Origin: Anaerolineales bacterium | Lineage (GTDB): Bacteria > Chloroflexota > Anaerolineae > Anaerolineales > UBA11579 | Direction: 5' to 3' | Assembly: GCA_025450445.1 (NCBI GenBank) | Contig: JANWHN010000076.1 | Span: 2,859 to 66,858 of the forward strand | Length of the DNA stretch: 64,000 bases | Shown here: piece after piece, positions 27,171 to 35,763 of the stretch | How positions within the stretch are numbered: position 1 is the stretch's first letter | Layout of the letters: each line of letters begins with the position of its first letter | Translations under genes and position numbers: made by a program | Notes under the pieces: generated by a model | The model's input: the letters and a program-made list of their open reading frames with translations, nothing else | What the model was told of the DNA's origin: nothing | The model's database searches: none

Positions 27171-27989
27171 TCAAGATCGGAAGAGCGAATTGTATTCAAC
27201 TTTGGGGAAGACTGTGAGTTGCCCACCTACAGTGGCATCCAGAACGCGGCGGCCATCCGCTTCGTAGGCATCCCGCGCCATTTGGTAAGCGCGCTCCGAC
27301 ATGTCGAGGTCGGGCAGCTGCCAGCGGAAGCCGCGCCCGAAGTAGCGAGGGTCGAAATGATCCAGATCTTCGCCCTGCGAAGTGACGGTGGTGTTTGACG
27401 CACCTTTGGATGCAAAGCTGTGATCGACGCCAATCAGGATCACGGGGTCGAAACCCATGTGATAGGCCAGTTGAAGCGCGACATAGGTAACGGTAGCGCC
27501 TTCCCACAAACGGCCGCGGGCATCCTTGGCGAATTTCGGTCGTTCGTAGGTTGTGTGCAGGAAAATTGTTTGGTCGTCAGGCTTTAAAAAGAGTCTTGAT
27601 CGCCAAGATAGAAATTTTGGCATTGGTAAAGCAGTAATGTCTGCCGCGGATTGTTCAATCACCAAATCATTTACCGAAACTAAAAACGAAGTTTGAAAAC
27701 CCCACTCGGGGAAGGCGAGGAAAACACGATTCATTCCAAATGTCTTTTCGTCTTTAAGTTTGCCTATACCCGTGGTGCGCAAACTAGGACCGTTGCCCAG
27801 AATAAAGGCGCGCTCGCCGCGATGTGCATCTTTGAGATCAGCCAAGCGCCGAACGCTGTCTCGGCGCCATGGATGAAGCGTTGCCAGCGGCCAAGAGGCG
27901 GCATGTTTTAGCGCTAGCCAGCTATCGCGGCCAGCCCGCCACAGTGGAGCAGGCGTTAAGTTCTTCGCTTGCTGGCGAAGGGAGCTCAT
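27171..27989 (-). CDS. DUF115 / MptE-like protein (Maf/CstII-type putative nonulosonic-acid transferase)
   Basis: ATG 27989 forms an ATGA overlap with the upstream SDR stop. Motifs are AFILGNGPSL, GMNRVF and TVTYVALQLAYHMGFDPVILIGVDHSF. The track's longer start (28172) is an out-of-frame overlap artefact. Confidence 0.7.
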   Translation of the reverse strand: MSSLRQQAKNLTPAPLWRAGRDSWLALKHAASWPLATLHPWRRDSVRRLADLKDAHRGERAFILGNGPSLRTTGIGKLKDEKTFGMNRVFLAFPEWGFQTSFLVSVNDLVIEQSAADITALPMPKFLSWRSRLFLKPDDQTIFLHTTYERPKFAKDARGRLWEGATVTYVALQLAYHMGFDPVILIGVDHSFASKGASNTTVTSQGEDLDHFDPRYFGRGFRWQLPDLDMSERAYQMARDAYEADGRRVLDATVGGQLTVFPKVEYNSLFRS

Positions 27990-28759
27990 TCGGTGCTGAG
28001 GCGCGCGGTCGCCCCGCCATCGACCACGAGAGATTGACCAGTGATGTAGGCAGACTGTTCGTTGTCGGCAAGGAAATAAATCGCGCTGGCAATTTCGGAA
28101 GGTTTTGCGAGGCGCTTGAGCAGGATCTTGTCGGCCAGGTCTTTTTTGCGCGCATTGGCGTCCGCGCCCCACACATGGGCGCGGTTCAAGCCAGCAACTA
28201 GCCTGGGGGTGTCGGTTGCGCCGGGCAGGATGACGTTCACGCGAATGCCTTGGGGCGCAAACTCAATCGCCATGGCGCGGGTGAGAGCCAGCAGACCACC
28301 CTTGGTGCTGGCGTAGGCGCCGATATTGGCTGAGGTAGCAAGCGCGTGGACAGAGCTGACATTAACGATCGTTCCTCTTGCCTTTGAGAGCGCCGAAAAT
28401 AAATTCTTGGCCAACAAATACGGGGCACGCAAATTTACGGCGTGGACCGAGTCCCATTCCTCAACAGCTGTATCAGCGAGGGATTTAGTAATCTGAACGG
28501 CGGCGTTGTTTATCAGTGCATCTACGCCGGCAGTTTGAGTGAGGATCGTTTTGCACAACAAGTCAACCTGATCAGCCGCAGAAATATCAGCCTCCAGGGA
28601 GACTATGGCATCCGGGAATTCAGGTTCGGGCTTACGCACATCGACCGCAAATACGCGCCAGCCCCTTTCGTGGAAAAGTTCTACCGAGGCGCGACCCACC
28701 CCACCGGCGGCGCCGGTGATCACCACACTCTTTTGGTCTTTTTGGGCCATAGCGGACAA
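27986..28759 (-). CDS. SDR-family oxidoreductase
   Basis: VVITGAAGGVGRA (TGxxxGxG) and YASTKGG (YxxxK). Confidence 0.9.
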   Translation of the reverse strand: MSAMAQKDQKSVVITGAAGGVGRASVELFHERGWRVFAVDVRKPEPEFPDAIVSLEADISAADQVDLLCKTILTQTAGVDALINNAAVQITKSLADTAVEEWDSVHAVNLRAPYLLAKNLFSALSKARGTIVNVSSVHALATSANIGAYASTKGGLLALTRAMAIEFAPQGIRVNVILPGATDTPRLVAGLNRAHVWGADANARKKDLADKILLKRLAKPSEIASAIYFLADNEQSAYITGQSLVVDGGATARLSTE

Positions 28760-28761
28760 TT

Positions 28762-29742
28762 CTATCCGCGGGGTGGGTAATCCTCTGGATTTAGCGCAGA
28801 CGAATCAATTCCGAGCCCATCGAGCAGATTGCGGATCGTGTTCCAGTGCACACGCTCCCAGGCTTCGGGGCTGGCGTTGGAATTGTGAGGGGCGAGGAGA
28901 ACATTGTCCATCTTCAGAAGCGGGCTATCGGCGGGCAAGGGCTCATATTCGAAGACATCCAGCCCGGCTCCGGCAAGATTAGTAGTTTGAAGTGCAGCGA
29001 TGAGGGCAGCCTCGTCCACAAGTGGTCCGCGGGCTGTGTTTATCAAAACTGCGGAGGGTTTCATTTTCGCTAGTGCGCTAGCATCGATCAGGTGCTTGCT
29101 TGTCGGATTTAGATCGCAGTTAAGGCTAACGAAATCAGATTGGGAAAGCAGCAGGTCCAATCCGACCATCTGGACATTGACTTCAGAAACTAAATCTTTG
29201 GGGGGCTCGACGATGTCGTTGCCGAGCAAGCGCATACCGAAGGGCTTGGCGCGGCGCAAAACCGCCTGCCCGATGCGACCAACGCCAATGACTCCTAGAG
29301 TGCACTCCGCAAGCGAGCGGCCAGGTAGCTTGGACCATTCTCCTGTTTTTATCTGCTTGTCCATCCAAGGCGTCTGACGAGCAAAGGCCAAGATGTAAGC
29401 CATCACCGAATCGGCAACCGGTTCGGTAAAGGCGCCGGGTGTATTGCGAACTTGAATGCCCAGTTTTTTAGCGGCGTCTTGATCGATGGAATCGATGCCC
29501 GTCCCCCATTTCGAGATTACCTTGAGCCGCGGCGCACAGGCGGCCAGCACCTCGGCCATGAAGCGATCGTCACCGCAGATAGCACCGTCGAATTGACCAG
29601 CGTGCTGCAAGATCGCTTCGGCTTCAAGTCGCTCGCTGACTGGAGGCACGATCAACTCAATTCCAAATTTTGAAAATACTGGGCGGAAGCGCTGCAGGCT
29701 TGGCAACATGTAAGGAGCAGAAATTAAAACTGTCTTTGCCAT
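28762..29742 (-). CDS. D-isomer-specific 2-hydroxyacid dehydrogenase (PGDH-like)
   Basis: LGVIGVGRIGQAVLRRAKPFG (NAD fold), LINTARGPLVDEAAL and GLDVFEYEPLP. Confidence 0.9.
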   Translation of the reverse strand: MAKTVLISAPYMLPSLQRFRPVFSKFGIELIVPPVSERLEAEAILQHAGQFDGAICGDDRFMAEVLAACAPRLKVISKWGTGIDSIDQDAAKKLGIQVRNTPGAFTEPVADSVMAYILAFARQTPWMDKQIKTGEWSKLPGRSLAECTLGVIGVGRIGQAVLRRAKPFGMRLLGNDIVEPPKDLVSEVNVQMVGLDLLLSQSDFVSLNCDLNPTSKHLIDASALAKMKPSAVLINTARGPLVDEAALIAALQTTNLAGAGLDVFEYEPLPADSPLLKMDNVLLAPHNSNASPEAWERVHWNTIRNLLDGLGIDSSALNPEDYPPRG

Positions 29743-30432
29743 TTAGGAATTTATTCGCTGCCGCATAAGAAAATCTGCGATCTGAAAGTCAATCTCTTCG
29801 TCAATATCCCAAGCTTCATCGCGTGATATCGGGAACATCAACGGATTTTCGCTGATCCGGTGGTTGCGCTTCTTTAGATTTGTGCTTGTGAAAATGTATA
29901 AGCAAGAATTTTCTTCATACACAGGCGGTAGATCTTGTGTGCGCAGAAGTTCGGCCGGATTGTGATTGAGTGCCTTGCCCTCGGCATCGTAGAGGCGAGT
30001 GTGCAGTTCGGTGACTCCGAACAAGGAGTCCTTGCCGGGATAGGTGCCCAAGAAGGCGGCGATGGCGGTGCGTACTGTGGCAGCTTTTAGCAGCGGGTTG
30101 GTGCTGTGAGTCTGCAAATAAAAATCCCCTGCCACCTGGGCCGTGTCGTGCAGCAAAATCTCGTTCATCGGAATTTCGCCGGCGCGCAAATGTTGAGGAC
30201 GATCGATAACGCGCACGGCCGGAAAATTTTGGGCAAGCCCGTCGCGGATCTCGGCACTATCGGTGTCGACCGCGATCTCAGCGATCTCGCTACATTGTTG
30301 CAGCGTGGCGATGATGTGATGGAAGAGGGGTTTGCCCGCTAAGGGCCGGATATTTTTCCCTGGCACCCGCTCCGACTGGGCGCGCATGGGCACAAGGGCC
30401 ACGATGCGTGGCTTGTCTACCAATGCGCTCAA
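29743..30432 (-). CDS. acylneuraminate cytidylyltransferase-family (CMP-sugar synthetase) protein
   Basis: IVALVPMRAQSERVPGKNIRPLAGKPLFHH, the CTP_transf_3 N-terminal signature. Confidence 0.85.
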   Translation of the reverse strand: MSALVDKPRIVALVPMRAQSERVPGKNIRPLAGKPLFHHIIATLQQCSEIAEIAVDTDSAEIRDGLAQNFPAVRVIDRPQHLRAGEIPMNEILLHDTAQVAGDFYLQTHSTNPLLKAATVRTAIAAFLGTYPGKDSLFGVTELHTRLYDAEGKALNHNPAELLRTQDLPPVYEENSCLYIFTSTNLKKRNHRISENPLMFPISRDEAWDIDEEIDFQIADFLMRQRINS

Positions 30433-31397
30433 GCCGACTTGCGGCTCTCCTCTTTGTAGCTTTTAGTAGATGGCTTAGGTCGTTTTTCTAAAGAGCCAGG
30501 AGGATAGAAAAACACCTCACGCATTTCTGCACTGACCTTGACCGGATCGCGATAGCCGCGATAAGTCCCTAAGTACTGCAAAAATCGAAACGAGATGATA
30601 CCGAGCGCTTCTTTCAGAAAGACTCGCTCACGCAACGAGGCACGAAAATCAGAAATTACATTGCGGAGGAACAGGCTTGCAAAGTTCCACAAAGTGAAGC
30701 GGCTCTTGGGCAGGATTTGTTTGAGCGCCAAAGCTTCGCGGCGATGGCGGTTCGTAATCTGGGCGGCAGTCTCGTCATGTAAGTGTTGCACGTTGGCATC
30801 AGCGGCATAGGCGATCTTGTAGCCTTTGCCGCGCGCCCAAGAGGCCCAGGCTATGTCTTCGAGACCCGTTAATTTCTCGTCGAACGGACTTTGCTTCCAA
30901 ATCGAGCTGCGTAAGGCGGCATTGGCATTGTTGCAAAACGCGTTTTGTTGGTCAAGGTCGGAATGGTCTGGAAACCAGCGCACAAAATGGCGAGCTTCGG
31001 AAAACTTGCTGCGTTTGCCTCCGCGCTGCTTTCCATATACAAGCGCCACCTTGCGATCTGCGAAAGGAGCCAAAAGGTTCTGGAGCCAGCTCTCCGACGA
31101 AGGAACAACGTGCGCGCTGGCGAGCACAATCAGCTCGCTGCGGGCGGCCCGCATGCCCATATTCAGGGCGCGCCCAAATGTAAATTCGGTCGGTTTGATC
31201 TTCAGCACGCGGGCTTTGTGCTGGGCAGCTATGTTGAGGGTCTTATCGGTCGAACCGGAATCGACGACGATGACTTCGACATTGCGAAGCGATTGGCGGC
31301 TGATAGCAGCTAGCAGGTTGCCAAGGTGTTTTTCTTCATTGAATGCACGGATAACAACCGTTGCGCGCGGCGGCTTTTGGGGTCTGAGGGCCATCAC
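30429..31397 (-). CDS. family-2 glycosyltransferase
   Basis: ATVVIRAFNEEKHLGNLLAAISRQ...VEVIVVDSGSTDKT. Confidence 0.85.
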   Translation of the reverse strand: MMALRPQKPPRATVVIRAFNEEKHLGNLLAAISRQSLRNVEVIVVDSGSTDKTLNIAAQHKARVLKIKPTEFTFGRALNMGMRAARSELIVLASAHVVPSSESWLQNLLAPFADRKVALVYGKQRGGKRSKFSEARHFVRWFPDHSDLDQQNAFCNNANAALRSSIWKQSPFDEKLTGLEDIAWASWARGKGYKIAYAADANVQHLHDETAAQITNRHRREALALKQILPKSRFTLWNFASLFLRNVISDFRASLRERVFLKEALGIISFRFLQYLGTYRGYRDPVKVSAEMREVFFYPPGSLEKRPKPSTKSYKEESRKSA

Positions 31398-31406
31398 CGC
31401 GGAATC

Positions 31407-32267
31407 TTACCAGTTCTGATTTTGTTCATATCCGAGCGTAATTAGAAGGTCGCCACAGACTTCTTTGAAGATTTTTTTGTTGGATTCGTTGAAATGTTCT
31501 CGCCAGCCACCGCTTTCGCCTTTGCGAAACGTGGGAGATTTTTGAGGATCGATGGCTTTGGTAAGCACTTCTACTGATTCTGCAGGATTTTTGGCGCTGA
31601 CAAAACCGCGGTTTACTGCATGATCGAAGATCTGCAGGAGCGAGATTTGCGGATCAGCAATTAGATCTTCGAAGCGCAAAGTGAGAACTTCTTTACGCTC
31701 AAACCACGGCAGGTAGGGCTCAAAGCGTTCACGAATGTTTGGGAACGGATACTCCAATTCGGGACGTCCAAAAATACTGACTTTTAGATGCTCGTCGAAG
31801 TCCTTGAGGTGATTTACGTAATAGTCATGATGTACATGCCGGTTTGCGAGATCGGTTACGTAGAAAACATGCGAGACTGCTACATCACGCGGATCGCGAT
31901 AAATGAAATAAGGAGCCACGCCAGGGCGACAGAGTTCGGCGACAACTTCAGGAAAAGCGTGCAGGTGCCCGTAAGCGATGTCACCTGAGGAAAGGCGTTT
32001 GAGGTCTTTTAGGATCTGCTGGATAGGCCGCGGTTTACCGCTTTCGCCTTCAAAGGTGAGCACCGGCGGGAGCCCACTTTCGACAACCGGGCCAAGCTGC
32101 GTGAACCCGGCCAAGATCTGGGTCAATAAGTGCGTGCCGCTTTTGGGGAACGAGATGCCGAACAAGATCGGCATCGTGTCGATGGCTACATTGGGAAAGC
32201 GGCGTTGGGCTGCGGCGCGACGCAAGGAGCGGCGAGCCAAGCGTGCGGGAAGATCGAATTTCACCAT
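31407..32267 (-). CDS. sulfotransferase
   Basis: 286 aa with FPKSGTHLLTQIL and FIYRDPRDVAVSHVFY. The C-terminus ends in LGYEQNQNW. Confidence 0.8.
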   Translation of the reverse strand: MVKFDLPARLARRSLRRAAAQRRFPNVAIDTMPILFGISFPKSGTHLLTQILAGFTQLGPVVESGLPPVLTFEGESGKPRPIQQILKDLKRLSSGDIAYGHLHAFPEVVAELCRPGVAPYFIYRDPRDVAVSHVFYVTDLANRHVHHDYYVNHLKDFDEHLKVSIFGRPELEYPFPNIRERFEPYLPWFERKEVLTLRFEDLIADPQISLLQIFDHAVNRGFVSAKNPAESVEVLTKAIDPQKSPTFRKGESGGWREHFNESNKKIFKEVCGDLLITLGYEQNQNW

Positions 32268-33121
32268 TGGGCGTTCTTCTCATAACCAAGATTTTGGAGC
32301 AGGTTGCCCGTTTCCGATTTGAAGGTCTGCTTATTCGCTTCGGTGAAATGCTGGCGCCAGTCGCCGGTTTGGCCGCGGCGGAAGGTGCCGGAGGCTTGCG
32401 GGCGCAAGGCACCTTCGAGTGCCGGTTTCGCTTGTTCACGCGGCCGCGGATCGAAGCCGTGGGCCGCAAGGTGGTCGAGGACGCGATCGAGGGCGGCGCG
32501 GCGATCTAGGATCAAGTCTTCAAATCGCAGAGCGAAAACTGCGGGCTGCTGAAGCCACCCAACGTAGTGCTCGTACTTAGCAAAGATCGATGAAAGTTGA
32601 GCGCCCGGTTCCTGAACGCCTTTGATCGCTGCATCTATGCGCTGTTCCATGGTGGAAAGCGTTTCCGTGTAGTAACGGTGCATGCCGTGGCCGGGGTAAA
32701 TTTCGGTGGCGTAAAACACGTGCGAAACGATCACATCGCGTGGATCGCGATAGATAAAAAACGATGCAACATCAGACCGGGTTAGTTCGGCGATGAAAGG
32801 CTTACGGGCGTGCAAGTAGCTGTACGTGATGTCTCCCGGATTTAGCAAATGCAAATTTGCGAGGATCGCGTCGTCGCCAAGGTTGCGATTCTCTGCCGAG
32901 CGGCTTACTGGCGGCATGCCAGGGTCCACAAATGGGCCGATACGGGTTAATCCTTGCAACACCTGAAACAAAAGATGCGAGCCGGACTTGGGCATCGCGT
33001 TGCCGATGACGATCGGCATGCGGGCTAGTTCGGCGGCGCCCCAGCGGCGCGCAGCGGCGGCGCGGCGGGCGCGCCAGCGCAGCATTTTGAATGGCTGCTT
33101 GATTTTGGAAACGATCGACAT
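32261..33121 (-). CDS. sulfotransferase (tandem paralogue)
   Basis: 286 aa with MPKSGSHLLFQVL and FIYRDPRDVIVSHVFY. The C-terminus ends in LGYEKNAQW. Confidence 0.8.
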   Translation of the reverse strand: MSIVSKIKQPFKMLRWRARRAAAARRWGAAELARMPIVIGNAMPKSGSHLLFQVLQGLTRIGPFVDPGMPPVSRSAENRNLGDDAILANLHLLNPGDITYSYLHARKPFIAELTRSDVASFFIYRDPRDVIVSHVFYATEIYPGHGMHRYYTETLSTMEQRIDAAIKGVQEPGAQLSSIFAKYEHYVGWLQQPAVFALRFEDLILDRRAALDRVLDHLAAHGFDPRPREQAKPALEGALRPQASGTFRRGQTGDWRQHFTEANKQTFKSETGNLLQNLGYEKNAQW

Positions 33122-33125
33122 TCGT

Positions 33126-34502
33126 TTAATTCAGATGCGGATCGCTAGGCCTCGGGACATCGCTTAGCGAGACCAGATCCTTGGCCATGAATTTCTCGAT
33201 GATCTCCCACACAGTCTCGACGGGTAAATCGAGCTCGGCGGCGATTTCTGCGGGGCGGCGGGTGCCATCACAACGCTCCATGATCTCGAAGAGGCGCTTA
33301 TGGCCGGCGGGATTGGTTTTGTAATCGATCCAAATGCCGTAGCCCGAGGCGAAGACCTCGCCCTTGAAATGATTGACCACGTATCCGCGATCGTCGTGGA
33401 CGCTCGCTTTCGGCGTTCCGTTTGGGCTCTTGCCAGGTTGAAAGCGGGTTTTATCGAATGCCGAAATTAAGCCCAGAACTAGATCGACTGAAGCCTGCAG
33501 GCGATCCGCAGAAATAATTTCGGGTGTGTCCAGGCTGGAATGGTATTCGGGATACGGAGCGAAGCGCGATTCGGGAAGATGCGGATTCACGACGCGGGAC
33601 AATGAGAGCATGGGCACGCGCACGCCGGGGGAATTGAACTGGCGCTCATCGTTGTCGATGATCGTGCGATATGGGCCAACGTAAGCGTCTGGGGCAAGTT
33701 TTTTAAAGGCAGCGACCAATCTTTTATCCGTCGGACTTTCCGGCTGGAAGGAGGTTTGTAGCGCGGTGGGAGCATCGTTTCCAAGCATTTCGAGGAACAG
33801 ACCACCCTTCATTTTCGGAATCAAGTTCTCGTGCAGGCTTAAGTAGGCGATCGAACCTAAAGTTTCCGGGAAGAAAAGGAAACGATATGTGAAATGCGCT
33901 CTCGGTCCGGCGAGCAATCGGTTTGCGACCTCCACTCCGACTACGACGCCAGTGAGATCGTCGTTCACCATAGCGGGATGATCCAGATGGGCAGCAAGGA
34001 CGAAGCAATCTTCGACCTCGCCCGGCACCAGCACCTCGCCGATCTTGAGCTCGCCTGGAGTAAATTCGGTACGGATGACGACGCGGTAGCGATCCTCTTT
34101 TAGGGAATCGCACAGAGTTTGCGAAGCGCACAGGCCCCAATCGCGCTGATAATACTTAAACACGAACGGGATTGCGTCGGGCAGTTTGGGATGCACGTGC
34201 AGATGTTGTAGCAATTCTTCGCGGCTTACTTCGCCCTCAAAAGGCAGGGAATACGAAACAACATGCAGGGGGTGATCCGCGTAATCTAGAAGGAGCTTGC
34301 CATCCATTGTTTCCAAGTAAGCCTCGGAACAGGTCCATTTCTCAGGCACCGTCCAGGTCCATACTTTGGTGCCGGTGGGCACTGCGTGAATTGTCATCGG
34401 TAGTTCTTTTGCCAGCCGATTCAAAGCGTGATCGTAATCGTCCGAAACGATGTCGCGCTTGAGCGTCCAGAGCTCATTGACGAGCTCCATCATGCTAGCC
34501 AT
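33126..34502 (-). CDS. DUF4910/M28 aminopeptidase-like domain protein with C-terminal winged-helix
   Basis: 458 aa. CFVLAAHLDHPAMVNDDLTGVVVGVEVANRL resembles the M28-like metal site region. The C-terminal CDGTRRPAEIAAELDLPVETVWEIIEKF is wHTH-like. Confidence 0.6.
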   Translation of the reverse strand: MASMMELVNELWTLKRDIVSDDYDHALNRLAKELPMTIHAVPTGTKVWTWTVPEKWTCSEAYLETMDGKLLLDYADHPLHVVSYSLPFEGEVSREELLQHLHVHPKLPDAIPFVFKYYQRDWGLCASQTLCDSLKEDRYRVVIRTEFTPGELKIGEVLVPGEVEDCFVLAAHLDHPAMVNDDLTGVVVGVEVANRLLAGPRAHFTYRFLFFPETLGSIAYLSLHENLIPKMKGGLFLEMLGNDAPTALQTSFQPESPTDKRLVAAFKKLAPDAYVGPYRTIIDNDERQFNSPGVRVPMLSLSRVVNPHLPESRFAPYPEYHSSLDTPEIISADRLQASVDLVLGLISAFDKTRFQPGKSPNGTPKASVHDDRGYVVNHFKGEVFASGYGIWIDYKTNPAGHKRLFEIMERCDGTRRPAEIAAELDLPVETVWEIIEKFMAKDLVSLSDVPRPSDPHLN

Positions 34503-35278
34503 TATTTGGATACCGGCTCGGGCTTGTTAGCGACAAGGGCCCACGCGTCCGCAGCCAAGAGAGCATCGGCCGCGGCCACAAAGTCGCGCAGGGTGCAGGA
34601 GGCAATCTCGCCGTAATTCAATTTTGCAGAATGCCATTGCCCCTTCGACTCCAAGACCGATTGGATGGGAGCCAGGCGCAGCTGCGGGTCCAAGTCCATA
34701 TCCCGAACCAGCATGCGATAAGTTTGCGTAGTCCAAGTCCCGGCTTGGTTCACGCGTCCAGAAAATTCCTTCCAATATCGATAGGGGACTGTGGCACGTT
34801 GCTCGCTGTAGTGCACGATCGAGGCGGCCTGCACATCGGCTCCGAGTAACAGCAGCTTGAAATCCAGATCGAGCATGCGCTCAAAGACAGAGCCCGCCTC
34901 AAAAGCGGAAGGCGTATCTATCTGCGCCAACTTTTTCGCTCTCTCCCCAATCACAGCCAAAGACTGCATCGGATGTCTGGTGCGCACGGCTACAGCCTGC
35001 TGACGCACAAATTCGGAGAGGGCGCCCATGCCGACTGATGGGCTGGTTTGCGGGTCGTAATCTTTGCCGCGGGCAAACTCGAACGTAAAAGTAGGGACAG
35101 CCAGCGTACCCTGTGGGCCAATGGCCGCAAGCAATGCGTCCAAGTACATTTGCAACCCGCCTTCAGGGCGGCCAAGAAATTGAAGCGCCGAATGGACCAG
35201 GAGACCGTCGCCCGCGCGCACCCCTACTTTATTGAGCGCTTCATCTAACTGCGAACGAGTGAGAACGGGCAGCGTCAT
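34502..35278 (-). CDS. AAC(3)-family (aminoglycoside N3-acetyltransferase-like) N-acyltransferase
   Basis: LLVHSALQFLGRPEGGLQMYLDALLAAIGPQGTLAVPTFTFEF. ATG 35278 overlaps the GNAT stop by 1 nt and gives 258 aa. Confidence 0.8.
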   Translation of the reverse strand: MTLPVLTRSQLDEALNKVGVRAGDGLLVHSALQFLGRPEGGLQMYLDALLAAIGPQGTLAVPTFTFEFARGKDYDPQTSPSVGMGALSEFVRQQAVAVRTRHPMQSLAVIGERAKKLAQIDTPSAFEAGSVFERMLDLDFKLLLLGADVQAASIVHYSEQRATVPYRYWKEFSGRVNQAGTWTTQTYRMLVRDMDLDPQLRLAPIQSVLESKGQWHSAKLNYGEIASCTLRDFVAAADALLAADAWALVANKPEPVSK

Positions 35279-35763
35279 CAGGATTTTGGATTCACAACCT
35301 TGCGAACCAATGTCAGATCCTTGTTGAAGCCTTGTTTCATCCAAAAACCAAGACCGGCTTCGTTGCCTTCTAGCACTTGCACCTCTACCGAATGGACCTT
35401 GAGATCAGAAAATTTCTTCATAGCCAGCTCAGTTAATTTTGTGCCGACCCCGGAACCCTGCAGACTTTCATTTACATAAAGATCGCTGATCTCCCCCACT
35501 TGCACACCCCCCAAAAATGCAGGGCTTTGTTTAACGCGAGCCATCAAAAACGCTTTTGGAACCCCCTCCTTTTCTGCAAGCCAGACGAAACTGAAACGAC
35601 CCAGGGTCCGGGCGAACGAATTGGTCCACTTTTCGCCAGCGCCTTCCGTATGTGGAAAGCTCAGGCCGAGGCTGCGATGGAAAACATCCAGGTGCGACCA
35701 TAGCTCGGCAAGCGCGGGCAGGTCGGCTTCGGTCGCCTCGCGCAGCTTGATGTCATCCAACAA
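35278..35763 (-). CDS. GNAT-family N-acetyltransferase
   Basis: IKLREATEADLPALAELW and VNESLQGSGVGTKLTELAMK (acetyl-CoA loop). A TTG start at 35763/35760 gives about 160 aa and an 8-11 nt overlap with the upstream gene. The ATG 35853 version overlaps by 101 nt. Confidence 0.75.
   Translation of the reverse strand: MLDDIKLREATEADLPALAELWSHLDVFHRSLGLSFPHTEGAGEKWTNSFARTLGRFSFVWLAEKEGVPKAFLMARVKQSPAFLGGVQVGEISDLYVNESLQGSGVGTKLTELAMKKFSDLKVHSVEVQVLEGNEAGLGFWMKQGFNKDLTLVRKVVNPKS

Noticed and set aside
27990-28172. N-terminal 61-aa extension of the DUF115 ORF, and similar long extensions at 17106-17225 (panB), 18183-18254, 35279-35344, 35764-35853, 50533-50604 and 59841-59915
   Set aside because: The extensions overlap upstream genes or structured leaders by 60-180 nt and are Arg/Gln-rich. 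Internal starts give 1-4-nt overlaps or good RBS spacing and normal protein lengths.
34502-35278. AAC(3)-family gene as an aminoglycoside resistance determinant
   Set aside because: It is embedded and translationally coupled within a glycan tailoring cassette, with no mobile-element context. It more likely N-acylates an amino sugar. Resistance cannot be inferred from family membership alone.
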